Sequence record: PQ182779.1
DNA: 64,000 nucleotides
Direction: 5' to 3' (one strand)
Made by a program: the position numbers and the translations under genes. Under the pieces are notes generated by a model. It was not told the origin of the DNA, did no database searches, and saw nothing but the letters and a program-made list of their open reading frames with translations. Positions within the stretch are counted from its first letter, which is position 1. Each line of letters starts with the position of its first letter. Below, piece by piece: positions 9,652 through 18,774 of this stretch.

Positions 9652-10158
9652 GTGTTAATTGACGATATCAAACGCGTATTAGGGAGTATGGCTTCCGACA
9701 CTGTTAAAGTCAAAGAGATTCAGCGACTGGTCGAAAAACAAACTGAAACAGCCGATTACCCGTTCTTCGATCTGATTATTACTGACGATCGAATTAAGAA
9801 GTTCAAACACCTTATCCCCGAAAATAAAGTGTTGACCAAAGTCGATCTGCTCTCAGTTAAACGCCTTGTGGATTCATCCGATCAAAAAGAACCTGTCGAA
9901 AGAGAATTTGAGATATTGGTCAATGATACGATTTACCCGGACAATTCTAATACCGTATTAAAGACCGATTTTACGGCCACCTTTATTAATGCCTTAGTGG
10001 ACTTTAAAGTGTTAATCGGGTTTAATCTGAAAGCAGTAAGGATCGAAATCATTGATTCGTTACCGCTCATTCACTCAGATGAACCTGCACCGTTCCCTAC
10101 CTTTAAACTGCGTTTTCATCTCGAGGACAAACCATGCAACTCATCGAACGTTTCCTGA
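9652..10158 (+). CDS. hypothetical protein
   Basis: GTG start with SD AAGGAG. Confidence 0.7.
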   Translation: MLIDDIKRVLGSMASDTVKVKEIQRLVEKQTETADYPFFDLIITDDRIKKFKHLIPENKVLTKVDLLSVKRLVDSSDQKEPVEREFEILVNDTIYPDNSNTVLKTDFTATFINALVDFKVLIGFNLKAVRIEIIDSLPLIHSDEPAPFPTFKLRFHLEDKPCNSSNVS

Positions 10159-10850
10159 ACCAGAAACCGGAGTTCACTTTCTTTATTCAACGTTTAAAAA
10201 GGGATGAGGTTCATCTCCGTGACTTTTGGTCTGATGAAGAATGGGCTCCTCCGGGTACCTTTAAGCCCTACGGCTGGGTAGCGGGGATCGCTACCACTGA
10301 ATTCGTTTCTTACCTCGTTAATCACGGCGTAGACCCCCGTTTCTTCTGTCTGCTGAATAAATGGTTTCCGATGTCCATGGTCCGGTCAGATGAAGCCGAT
10401 ACCGCGGTACTGATTGATAAACTCACCGAGAAACTCTCGGCAGTACCTGAAGCGTTGATTGCGACGTATTGCGATCGGGTAGAAGAGTATTGTCAGGATG
10501 CCGTTAAACTGTATCGCGGACCGACGGATTCCTCTAACGGCGAAATGAATATTCTCCCGTTTAAAGGGACAGTTGAGTCCTTCTTAAACAACCCATTAAT
10601 CAACCCAGACAAACTAAAATCAATTGGGGAGAAAGCAGGGTGTCGGGTTCATTACAATATCGCCATTAATCGGCTTTCTGCGGAAGTGAACGTTGATCAT
10701 AAATTCTTTATTGACTTCGCTCCTGGCGAGAACGAATATTACATCAACATGCATCCTAGCTGGCCGCTTACCCTCCGAGACAATGAAGCGGTAAGCAAAA
10801 CGTTGGTGGCGGTAAACAACGCGTATAACGAGGTTAAAAATGCACACTGA
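10134..10850 (+). CDS. hypothetical protein
   Basis: SD GAGGA; overlaps both neighbours. Confidence 0.75.
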   Translation: MQLIERFLNQKPEFTFFIQRLKRDEVHLRDFWSDEEWAPPGTFKPYGWVAGIATTEFVSYLVNHGVDPRFFCLLNKWFPMSMVRSDEADTAVLIDKLTEKLSAVPEALIATYCDRVEEYCQDAVKLYRGPTDSSNGEMNILPFKGTVESFLNNPLINPDKLKSIGEKAGCRVHYNIAINRLSAEVNVDHKFFIDFAPGENEYYINMHPSWPLTLRDNEAVSKTLVAVNNAYNEVKNAH

Positions 10851-11568
10851 CTTTTCAAGCTTCTGGGCCACGTATGCGTTAGAGGATTTCAGCCCGATCT
10901 GGGGACGTCAATTCTTTAACCAGTACGGTAAAATCATGCAATGGGTAGAGGAGCAGAATATTAGCCGTCCGTACCACTCTACACGCCATTTAATTGGCGT
11001 AGGGGTACTGGTGAGTCACTTACTTTCAAATGTCAGCTTGACCTATTATAGGCTCACTGAGAAGGATCGTGAATCCGCTGTTATTGCTGGACTTCTTCAT
11101 GACTTCTGTCATCAAGGAGAAAAGAACGACTGGAAGAATATTGAACACGCGTTTCAACGCCTTGAGCAACTCGGGTTCTGGCGTCAATTTCCGACAGTAG
11201 ACAAAACGTTAGTCACGCTTTTGATCGGGTTCACGCATTACGACTTCGATGACCCATTCCCACAGTACCCTGGCGGGTCCGTATTGCGCTATTTGTTTGG
11301 CATCATTCGTGATGCTGACCAACTGTACGCAATGACCTATTTGGACGAAGAGATTTTCGATGGACTCTATCAGGAAATCGGGGTTCGTTTCGGACAGACC
11401 AGAGAAGAGTTTACAGAGCGAAACGTTCGATACATTAAAGGTCTTAACTTTTATACGGCAGTCGGCGCTGAGCACGTAGAAAAGTATAAAGAGACGGCTA
11501 TCAATAAGTGTCAACAATTTCTTTTGAATAAACAGGGGGATGAACATGAAACTGTTTCTGGCCAGTGA
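10840..11568 (+). CDS. HD-domain metal-dependent phosphohydrolase
   Basis: PYHSTRH...AGLLHDFCH...IIRDAD: H-HD-D signature. Confidence 0.8.
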   Translation: MHTDFSSFWATYALEDFSPIWGRQFFNQYGKIMQWVEEQNISRPYHSTRHLIGVGVLVSHLLSNVSLTYYRLTEKDRESAVIAGLLHDFCHQGEKNDWKNIEHAFQRLEQLGFWRQFPTVDKTLVTLLIGFTHYDFDDPFPQYPGGSVLRYLFGIIRDADQLYAMTYLDEEIFDGLYQEIGVRFGQTREEFTERNVRYIKGLNFYTAVGAEHVEKYKETAINKCQQFLLNKQGDEHETVSGQ

Positions 11569-12064
11569 GAAGTTTTACGATGTTCCCGATTCTCAGGAAG
11601 CAACTGTTCTTTTAATCATGGCACCGGACAAAGACGCTGCAATGAGAAACGCGACTTACAGTTGCTGCCCGGATGAACCGCGCTCTGTCTTGACGCCGAT
11701 GTTTGACATCTGGGAATTGGGGGACTTCGTTCCTCTTCCTGCCGTATGGGAAGGGCTGAAATATTATCCCGAAAATGAAACAGGCGGGGTGACAATTCTT
11801 ACCGGTTATGAGCCGGTTGAGTACAACGAGCTCGAGTCCGATTATCGTAGTATGCTTTATGCGAAATACAAAGCTGAAGCGACTGACCATAAAATGTTTG
11901 GGTACTACGACGACCTAAAAAAGAGCAGGGATCGTTTCTTTTCATTTACCGAGAAAGAGGACTGGGGTTATCGAGAAGAAGAACATCTCGGTTTTAAAGT
12001 ACCGGTTTGGGTGAGCCCTGCATGGAATATTTACATCAACAAGAGTGTTCATGTCAGTGAATAA
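11546..12064 (+). CDS. hypothetical protein
   Basis: SD GGGGG; overlapping gene chain. Confidence 0.7.
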   Translation: MKLFLASEKFYDVPDSQEATVLLIMAPDKDAAMRNATYSCCPDEPRSVLTPMFDIWELGDFVPLPAVWEGLKYYPENETGGVTILTGYEPVEYNELESDYRSMLYAKYKAEATDHKMFGYYDDLKKSRDRFFSFTEKEDWGYREEEHLGFKVPVWVSPAWNIYINKSVHVSE

Positions 12065-12620
12065 TCCGATTAAACTTTCTAAAACGTTGTGTTTCATTCT
12101 ACGTCATCGTCCTCAGGCTTTGAAATTAACGCCTGATGAACTTGGCTATGTCAGACTCGACGACCTGATTGCAGCATTCTCTGAACAGAATAAGTCAGTT
12201 ACGTTACAGGAAATTATGCACGTTGTAGAGACGGACGATAAGAAACGATTTGGGTTATCCGATGATCTTTCTTCTATCCGTGCTGTACAGGGACATTCAT
12301 TCCCAGTAAGTGAAATGGCCTTCAATGAAGAGGTACCGCCTGAGGTACTTTACCACGGCACTGCATCGGGGAATTTAGAGAGCATTTTTCAGGAAGGGTT
12401 AACGCCGGGGTCGCGTCAGTTCGTTCATTTAACTGACCACATTGAGACCGCGCGTTTAGTGGGTATACGGTACGCTAAGAAAGGGTCGCTCGTAGTCTTG
12501 AGTATTGATACCCAGAAACTATTGGAACGCGGCTACGTGTTCTACAAAGCGTTGAACGGGGTTTGGCTGGTCGAACATGTTCCGGTAGGTTGTTTCAAAA
12601 TAGAGGAGAAAAAAGAATGA
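12051..12620 (+). CDS. kptA: RNA 2'-phosphotransferase Tpt1/KptA (NAD+-dependent)
   Basis: LSKTLCFILRH.P, DKKRF, IRAVQGHS, LYHGT, RQFVHL, NGVWLVEHVP. Confidence 0.93.
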   Translation: MSVNNPIKLSKTLCFILRHRPQALKLTPDELGYVRLDDLIAAFSEQNKSVTLQEIMHVVETDDKKRFGLSDDLSSIRAVQGHSFPVSEMAFNEEVPPEVLYHGTASGNLESIFQEGLTPGSRQFVHLTDHIETARLVGIRYAKKGSLVVLSIDTQKLLERGYVFYKALNGVWLVEHVPVGCFKIEEKKE

Positions 12621-13162
12621 AATTTAAGTTTGAACGTGGCGCTTATGCGGCTGACGTCTACGGTTTAGTGGAAGGAGAGAAGGTCGCTCTTGGTAAAAAT
12701 GCCGCAGGGGAAACTGTTCTCATACCGGCCCTTGCAGAAATGATTCATGAAGCCATAGCAGGGAAAGAATTGGAGATCCTTGATCACGGCTCTATGTACC
12801 AACCGGGGTATCTCAAATGGGAGCAATATCAAATTCCTTATCGTTTTCGAGGGGAGGCGATAGTAGCCGCAGACGGAATTATCTGGCAGTGGCCGCTGCG
12901 TGGTCACGACGGGGAAACGTATAAAGATTATCTCGAACGGTTAGCGGATAAACCGCGCAAACTGGTCAGCCATTTCAGATGTCAAAAGGCGATTACCTTC
13001 GAAATTCCGCTTGGTGCGGTGGCGTATAACCTCAAGCGATTATTATCCACCGGGTTAGTTGTCAATTTACTCGATATGAAAGATATCGAAGAGATCGACA
13101 ATCTCCCCTCGGGAATCCATGCTATTCCATTTTACGACGTTTATTGGGTTTTTACAAAATGA
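12617..13162 (+). CDS. hypothetical protein
   Basis: ATG 12617 with SD GAGGAG, ATGA overlap with kptA. Confidence 0.7.
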   Translation: MKFKFERGAYAADVYGLVEGEKVALGKNAAGETVLIPALAEMIHEAIAGKELEILDHGSMYQPGYLKWEQYQIPYRFRGEAIVAADGIIWQWPLRGHDGETYKDYLERLADKPRKLVSHFRCQKAITFEIPLGAVAYNLKRLLSTGLVVNLLDMKDIEEIDNLPSGIHAIPFYDVYWVFTK

Positions 13163-13521
13163 AACGAATCCAGTCTATTAAAGTGTTAGGTACCTTCAAC
13201 GAATCCGCGATGTTGCATTATTCCGCTTTCATTGCGAACAACCTGATGAAAGGTAAGACCGTAAAGGTATACGGTGACCCGCGAACTCGCGCGAAATTCA
13301 AAGAGGTCATTGCTGATTACCTCGGGCCGAAATTGATCGCTTCGATCAAGGTCATTCCGTTACCGAACACCTTAGCAATGGCGCAGCGGATAAATCGGGG
13401 TCAAGTAGACTGCGCGTGTTTATTCATCAGTTCGGAAGGTAAATTCTTCCCTACGTTAAAAGAGTCGCTTACGCCAGTCCGTTCGATGTCGGCGCTGTTT
13501 GTAGACGCGGTCATTTGTTAA
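13159..13521 (+). CDS. hypothetical protein
   Basis: ATGA overlap; ends at terminator. Confidence 0.65.
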   Translation: MKRIQSIKVLGTFNESAMLHYSAFIANNLMKGKTVKVYGDPRTRAKFKEVIADYLGPKLIASIKVIPLPNTLAMAQRINRGQVDCACLFISSEGKFFPTLKESLTPVRSMSALFVDAVIC

Positions 13522-13527
13522 TTTATC

Positions 13528-13559
13528 AGACGGAGGATTTCCTCCGTCTTTTTATTTTT
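13528..13559 (+). terminator. intrinsic terminator
   Basis: AGACGGAGG-ATTT-CCTCCGTCT then T runs. Confidence 0.85.
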
Positions 13560-13572
13560 CAAGGAGTAGTGA

Positions 13573-13986
13573 ATGCCCTTTATCAAAGTCCCTTATTCAC
13601 AAGTGAAAGATATTCACCGGGAACGCAGTTATCACGTAGAGTACGTACGCCTCTCTCGGGATTCCGATTGTTCTTTATCGAAAACATTTTTGAATCAATT
13701 TGACATAGGCGACGATACGATTGATTTTGAATACGATACTGAAACAGGTCATTTTCGTTTTCAGGTTGGCCCTTATTTCGATCGTCCGCTGTCAGGGAGT
13801 GGTACGTTTCTTCTCCCAACAACAGTATTACGTACAATCTGGAATAAACAACTCTTGACAGAAGGTCAACACGCAAAAGGTTTCGCCAGACGATCGGCGT
13901 ACTTTAAACCCGTCTTAAAAGAAGACGGATGGTGGTACGGCGAATTCAAAAGTTTTATTCTCCCGATTGACACTTGGGTTAAATAA
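13573..13986 (+). CDS. hypothetical protein, paralog family A
   Basis: SD AAGGAG; similar to 15173 and 32234. Confidence 0.75.
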   Translation: MPFIKVPYSQVKDIHRERSYHVEYVRLSRDSDCSLSKTFLNQFDIGDDTIDFEYDTETGHFRFQVGPYFDRPLSGSGTFLLPTTVLRTIWNKQLLTEGQHAKGFARRSAYFKPVLKEDGWWYGEFKSFILPIDTWVK

Positions 13987-14004
13987 GTAACTAGGGGAAA
14001 ATAT

Positions 14005-14484
14005 ATGGCATCCAGTGACCCGCTCGCTAAACTATTTCAGGCACTTGAAGAACCAAAACAAGAAGAAAAGGTTTTTTCGGAAGGGGAATTGATTTTAGTA
14101 ATCTCAAAAGTAATCGATGAGGTTACTGAGTATTTACGAAGCAACGCAGAAAGTACCACTTTCCAAGAAAAACTGAAGAAGGGTATCGGAGAGAAAGGGG
14201 AAGTTAAGGTTACTACACCACTACTTTCTATCGACTTCCAACTGGCCATTCGAACTAATTCCGAAGGAGAAATCCGAGTAAGGCTGGAAAGCGACTACGT
14301 AATTAATGAGAAGTCTGAAAAAGTTCTTGGCCTTTACCGAAAAAAGAAGATAACAAATACGCATTACATTTCTGACGTGCTTCTTCTCACCTCAAAAGCA
14401 GGGGCTAAGTTAACGATTGAAATCGTCTATCGCGACTACAAGAAAAAGTCAATGCTTCCATTCCCTAATTTCTTTTTTAATTAA
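14005..14484 (+). CDS. hypothetical protein
   Basis: SD AGGGG. Confidence 0.7.
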   Translation: MASSDPLAKLFQALEEPKQEEKVFSEGELILVISKVIDEVTEYLRSNAESTTFQEKLKKGIGEKGEVKVTTPLLSIDFQLAIRTNSEGEIRVRLESDYVINEKSEKVLGLYRKKKITNTHYISDVLLLTSKAGAKLTIEIVYRDYKKKSMLPFPNFFFN

Positions 14485-14498
14485 AGAGGTAACCAAAA

Positions 14499-15095
14499 AT
14501 GTTTAATCTAAAGATAATTGATTTATCTGGCTTTGATAGCTGGCCAAATTTTGAAAAACGGGATTTCAGAACGATGATCCCGGGTAAGGATTACGACTGC
14601 ATTATTACACCTGGTAACTCGTTTGGTATTATGGACGGTGGTTTTGACAAAGTAGTAAGGGACAAGTTTCCTCGCTCCCAAGAAACTGTCCAAACGGTCA
14701 TCAAACAATTCTGGGGTAAAGAAATGCCAGTGGGGCAGGCTATCACCGTTTCACTAAGTGAAGCAGTTCAATTGTGCTATGCACCGACGATGCGATTCCC
14801 TGGCCCGTTAAAAAGTAAAGACACCGCATATCTTGCAGCGCTGGCGGCTTTTTGTCAGATAAAATGCTTCAACAAGTTATCTCCAAATCTGGCGATAAAA
14901 AACGTCGTTATGCCGTTATTCTGCACAACGACAGGCGGAATGCCTGTAGAGGTTTCTTACGAGCAAATTATGTATGCTTATCAGAGAGTTACTTCTAGTG
15001 ATAACTCTCCCGAAAAAGATTGGGGTGATTTATTGGTTCATCGGGATAATTTGAAACGATTGTCTTCTTGGACAAATAAGCGTACAGGTAGATAA
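14499..15095 (+). CDS. macrodomain (ADP-ribose-binding/hydrolase) protein
   Basis: IITPGNSFGIMDGGFD and YAPTMR.P motifs. Confidence 0.85.
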   Translation: MFNLKIIDLSGFDSWPNFEKRDFRTMIPGKDYDCIITPGNSFGIMDGGFDKVVRDKFPRSQETVQTVIKQFWGKEMPVGQAITVSLSEAVQLCYAPTMRFPGPLKSKDTAYLAALAAFCQIKCFNKLSPNLAIKNVVMPLFCTTTGGMPVEVSYEQIMYAYQRVTSSDNSPEKDWGDLLVHRDNLKRLSSWTNKRTGR

Positions 15096-15097
15096 AT

Positions 15098-15127
15098 AAA
15101 GAGAGAGGGTACCCCCTCTCTCTTTTT
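15098..15127 (+). terminator. intrinsic terminator
   Basis: AAAGAGAGAGGG-TACC-CCCTCTCTCTTT then T run. Confidence 0.85.
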
Positions 15128-15172
15128 ATTCCGTCTTGATTTTATTTGATTAAATTAATAAGAGAGAACAAA

Positions 15173-15565
15173 ATGGCCTTTGAAAAGTTTGTTCCGAAGA
15201 CCAATAAACTTCCTAACCTAAAACCGGTCTATCTCCGTATTGCACCAGGCGGGAGTTGTTACCTCTCCGCAGGGTTCAGGGACTTACAGCCTGAGCCTTA
15301 TTCGTCACTCGAATTCGAATACGATCCTGTCACGTTAGAGTTTCGATTTCGGGTAGGGAAGGGTTACCCGTATAAAGTGCTCTCGGGTGCGTTTTCGCTT
15401 CCGGCCGAATTAACCCGGTTGATTACTTCCCGGAGCGGAACGAGGTATAACCGGATGTTTTATTACCGCATTATTGAACAATCGGAAGGTTGGTTTACCG
15501 GGGAATTTGTAAGTGTCAATAAAGCCCCTAAACACTATAAAATCGCTAAAGAGGAAAAAGAATAG
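15173..15565 (+). CDS. hypothetical protein, paralog family A
   Basis: ATG 15173; LEFEYD..T.EFRFRVG motif shared with 13573. Confidence 0.75.
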   Translation: MAFEKFVPKTNKLPNLKPVYLRIAPGGSCYLSAGFRDLQPEPYSSLEFEYDPVTLEFRFRVGKGYPYKVLSGAFSLPAELTRLITSRSGTRYNRMFYYRIIEQSEGWFTGEFVSVNKAPKHYKIAKEEKE

Positions 15566-16944
15566 TGAAACAGTATCTCGATCTATTGCGTGAAATTATC
15601 GAAACCGGTCGTCAGCGAGGAGACAGGACGGGAACGGGGACGATTTCTATTTTCGATGCGAAACTGAAGTACGACCTTTCGACCGGGGAATTCCCTCTGC
15701 TCACAACGAAGTTCGTTCCGCGTAAAGCGGCGTGGTTTGAGTACAAGGCAATGTTAAACGGGGAACTCCACCTCGATACCATGGTGGAGAATAATGTCAA
15801 GTTCTGGGATCCGTGGCGTTTAGAAGCTGACGTGGTGAAAGAAGTTCCTCTGGAAAACTACGAGCGCCTGAAGTGGCTTGAAGAGAACAACAAAGAAGCT
15901 CACATCGAGTTTTACAGCAAAGGGATCTCCATTCAGCCTGTTGAAGACGGCCATCGTTGGCTAGATGAAAAAGGTGTACCGCGTACTCGCCAGGTCACCG
16001 TGAACAAAGCGGGTGATCTTAATGCCCCTTACGGGTCAGCATGGCGAAACTTCTCCGAGAATCCATTGGAGAAGAAGGGCGTTGACCAAATCGCGTATGC
16101 GCTCGGTCTCCTACGGAACAATCCGGAATCGCGTCGTATCCTGATCTCGGCGTGGAACCCGCTTTGGATGCCGGAAGAAACGAAAGAAGTTACTCTCAGT
16201 AGTGACGAGATGTGGGAACATTTAAAAACTCACAGTCCGGACCTTTATGCTATTTTCTGGCCGCGCCTGGAATATCATGGTAAGACCGATAACTGCGAAG
16301 AGTTCTTAGCAAGTCATGGTGTACCACGCACTAAGACCGTTAAGGTTACGCCGCAGGAAAATATTGTGGAGGGTAAACCATGCCTTACCCCGTGTCATTT
16401 CCTGGTAGAGTTCTACGTAGAAGAGATGACGTTGAACGAGCGGTTAAAATGGTGCAGGAACAACGCTAACCCGTACTTCCAGGATCTCTGGGAAGACCAC
16501 ATGTCTGACTACTACAGCGAAGAACATTGTGACCAGCCGAAAATGTCCCCTGAGCGTAAAGCGGAATGGTTGACGGAGAACCATGTACCGACGCAGTGGC
16601 TGAGTTTGAAATACAGTATGCGGAGCTGTGACACAATGACCGGCGAGCCCTTTAACCAGGTTTTCTACGCCTTCATGTTGCTGTCATTTGCTCATGAGCT
16701 CGGTATGGCGCCCAATAAGCTGGTTGGTAATCTGACTAACGTCCATATCTACAATAATCAGTTAGAGGAAGCGAAGTTACAGTTAACTCGCGAGCCTTAC
16801 AAACCGGTTGAGTGTTACGTTCGCTCTGAGCACTACTATAACTCAGAGGTGCCGAAGAAAGGGTTGTTTGAACTCACCTATGAAGATTTCGTCTTCACCG
16901 AGTACAAGCATCACCCGGCCATTAAATTACAGGTGTCGGTATGA
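15565..16944 (+). CDS. thyA: thymidylate synthase with three large insertions
   Basis: MKQYLDL, DRTGTGT, FPLLTTK, WDPW, DQI, SRRILISAWNP, PCH, RSCD..G.PFN, HIYNNQ, Y.HHPAIK. Confidence 0.95.
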   Translation: MKQYLDLLREIIETGRQRGDRTGTGTISIFDAKLKYDLSTGEFPLLTTKFVPRKAAWFEYKAMLNGELHLDTMVENNVKFWDPWRLEADVVKEVPLENYERLKWLEENNKEAHIEFYSKGISIQPVEDGHRWLDEKGVPRTRQVTVNKAGDLNAPYGSAWRNFSENPLEKKGVDQIAYALGLLRNNPESRRILISAWNPLWMPEETKEVTLSSDEMWEHLKTHSPDLYAIFWPRLEYHGKTDNCEEFLASHGVPRTKTVKVTPQENIVEGKPCLTPCHFLVEFYVEEMTLNERLKWCRNNANPYFQDLWEDHMSDYYSEEHCDQPKMSPERKAEWLTENHVPTQWLSLKYSMRSCDTMTGEPFNQVFYAFMLLSFAHELGMAPNKLVGNLTNVHIYNNQLEEAKLQLTREPYKPVECYVRSEHYYNSEVPKKGLFELTYEDFVFTEYKHHPAIKLQVSV

Positions 16945-17255
16945 CAACGTGCGTTTTAGAAACGTGTCTTGTGGTTGGTCACGCTCGTCACTCCGGTGTT
17001 ACTTCAACGGAGTTTAATGATTCCGTAGAATTGTTACAGGGGCTACCTAAACATCGTTCGGAGTCGCTTTCTCCGTCCTTTGCGTTTACGAATGAAGAAA
17101 CGGCGATTATCGAGAAGCTCTTCGTTATTTTCGAAAGGGAGATTTACTTCTACGCGTACGGCGGAGAAATAGGAATCTGGCGGAGTCTCTCATTTGATGA
17201 AACTAGCGGTGACGATTTATCGATTAAACTCGAACTCCGTATCAGGCAAAAATAA
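16941..17255 (+). CDS. hypothetical protein
   Basis: ATGA overlap with thyA. Confidence 0.65.
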   Translation: MTTCVLETCLVVGHARHSGVTSTEFNDSVELLQGLPKHRSESLSPSFAFTNEETAIIEKLFVIFEREIYFYAYGGEIGIWRSLSFDETSGDDLSIKLELRIRQK

Positions 17256-17260
17256 GGTAA

Positions 17261-17287
17261 AAGGTGAGGGGTCTTTCCTCTCACCTT
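17261..17287 (+). terminator. hairpin, possible weak terminator
   Basis: AAGGTGAGGGG-TCTTT-CCTCTCACCTT; no strong U tract. Confidence 0.55.
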
Positions 17288-17309
17288 GTGTTTAATAAGG
17301 GGGATACTA

Positions 17310-17633
17310 ATGAAAATTTATTTAGCAGTTATTTACACTCGAATGGACTTACTGGACAGAAAAGTCGCGGCGGTTACAGTAACACCAGAAGATCGGGATG
17401 TTACAACTATTAACTATAGGCTATCTATCGGTGTCGCCAATCTGATGTCTCAACTTAAAGAGTGGATGAATGAGACCGACAACGACACTCTCTTCAGTCT
17501 TCTCAAACGTCTACAAGGAGTCACTGCCTCAGAAGAAGGGCTCCCTGTAAACGATAATTGCTGGCACAGTCTCTCTTTGATACATCCTTTCGAATACGGT
17601 CTTACTCTTTACTACAAGGTAGAGGAAAAATAG
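17310..17633 (+). CDS. hypothetical protein
   Basis: ATG 17310 with SD AAGGGGG. Confidence 0.7.
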   Translation: MKIYLAVIYTRMDLLDRKVAAVTVTPEDRDVTTINYRLSIGVANLMSQLKEWMNETDNDTLFSLLKRLQGVTASEEGLPVNDNCWHSLSLIHPFEYGLTLYYKVEEK

Positions 17634-17634
17634 A

Positions 17635-18039
17635 ATGGGCGCTTACATTTACGGGCGGTTTGAAAAGAAAAATAAAAATGGGAAGTGGGAAAGAATCTCT
17701 GGCGGTGTAGATTGGTTTGATTTCCGATCTTATTTCATTTACGGTTGGTTTGCTGATGTCCGGAACCACGCCGGAGTCCCTCCGCTACCTTACAAGTGGG
17801 AAAAGGCAGGAGAGCCAATTAATTACGACTGCGACTATAATTACACGCTGGAAACAAAATATCTGTTCGAGTTTGATTACGATCAGTTAGTGGAGGATCG
17901 CCGAGACAGTCACGATACTCTACCTGAGGGACAAGGGACAACAGCGACTTGGCGAGAACATCTTGGAGAAGAGTGGTTTGAGAAATTAAATATTCTTAAA
18001 TCAAAAGGTGTTGAGCGTTTAGTGTTTAATTTCAATTAG
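17635..18039 (+). CDS. conserved-type phage hypothetical protein (RSYxxxGWxADVRN)
   Basis: Motif recalled from phage hypotheticals; SD GAGGA. Confidence 0.75.
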   Translation: MGAYIYGRFEKKNKNGKWERISGGVDWFDFRSYFIYGWFADVRNHAGVPPLPYKWEKAGEPINYDCDYNYTLETKYLFEFDYDQLVEDRRDSHDTLPEGQGTTATWREHLGEEWFEKLNILKSKGVERLVFNFN

Positions 18040-18141
18040 GCTGATTACCCAGAACAAAACTCGGTTTTTATTCGTTCAAATCAAACATTTTTATTCAAGT
18101 TAAAAAGAAGATCATTCCGATCTACTACAGGAGTCAAATTA

Positions 18142-18756
18142 ATGCATACGTCTTCAAGTCCTATTTTTATCATTACTAACAAGTTCGGTACCGCCGTGCA
18201 CCTGACTTTAGTCCAAGCGGTACAGCTCGCACAGTTTATTGGTTTCAGACGCGGGCAGCCTTTGGAGCCAGGTGCCTATCGTTACGACTCTGAGACGGCA
18301 CAAACCTATCGCAACCGCACTGTCGCCGAGAATGGTCTGTACGGTTATTATTCTCGTTTTATCATCGACTGGCATCGTAATCTGGACGGTCATGACGTCA
18401 AGATCATTTTCCGTTTTGGCGATGAAGAAGAACGACTGACAGTGAGCGAACTGGGTAAAATTTATACCACTCTGATTCGTTTTGTCGCCGCGCACGTTAA
18501 AGGGTTGAAATTCCCAGGCTGGCGAAATCTCTCTTTTCATTCTCATGTAAAGTTGAAATTCTCAGGGTTTGGCTTTTCCCAAGAACACCCAGGGAAACTC
18601 GTCGAATACAACAAAGGGAAAATAATTAACAAGTCATTAGTTTCCCATAATGCCTACATGGACAACGTTAATCTTCCTCGTCCTGACTACGTTAAGAAAC
18701 TTTGTTTTGGCGGGCGAGAATACCATCTCGAAGATTGCAAGTTTATTATCAATTAA
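18142..18756 (+). CDS. hypothetical protein
   Basis: SD AGGAG. Confidence 0.7.
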   Translation: MHTSSSPIFIITNKFGTAVHLTLVQAVQLAQFIGFRRGQPLEPGAYRYDSETAQTYRNRTVAENGLYGYYSRFIIDWHRNLDGHDVKIIFRFGDEEERLTVSELGKIYTTLIRFVAAHVKGLKFPGWRNLSFHSHVKLKFSGFGFSQEHPGKLVEYNKGKIINKSLVSHNAYMDNVNLPRPDYVKKLCFGGREYHLEDCKFIIN

Positions 18757-18774
18757 ATACGGAGAGTTTGGGTA

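Noticed and set aside
15565-16944. ThyA homolog acting as a dCMP/dUMP hydroxymethylase for DNA modification
   Set aside because: It retains the dUMP-specifying Asn (PFN) and canonical TS motifs, and DHFR is present in the window.
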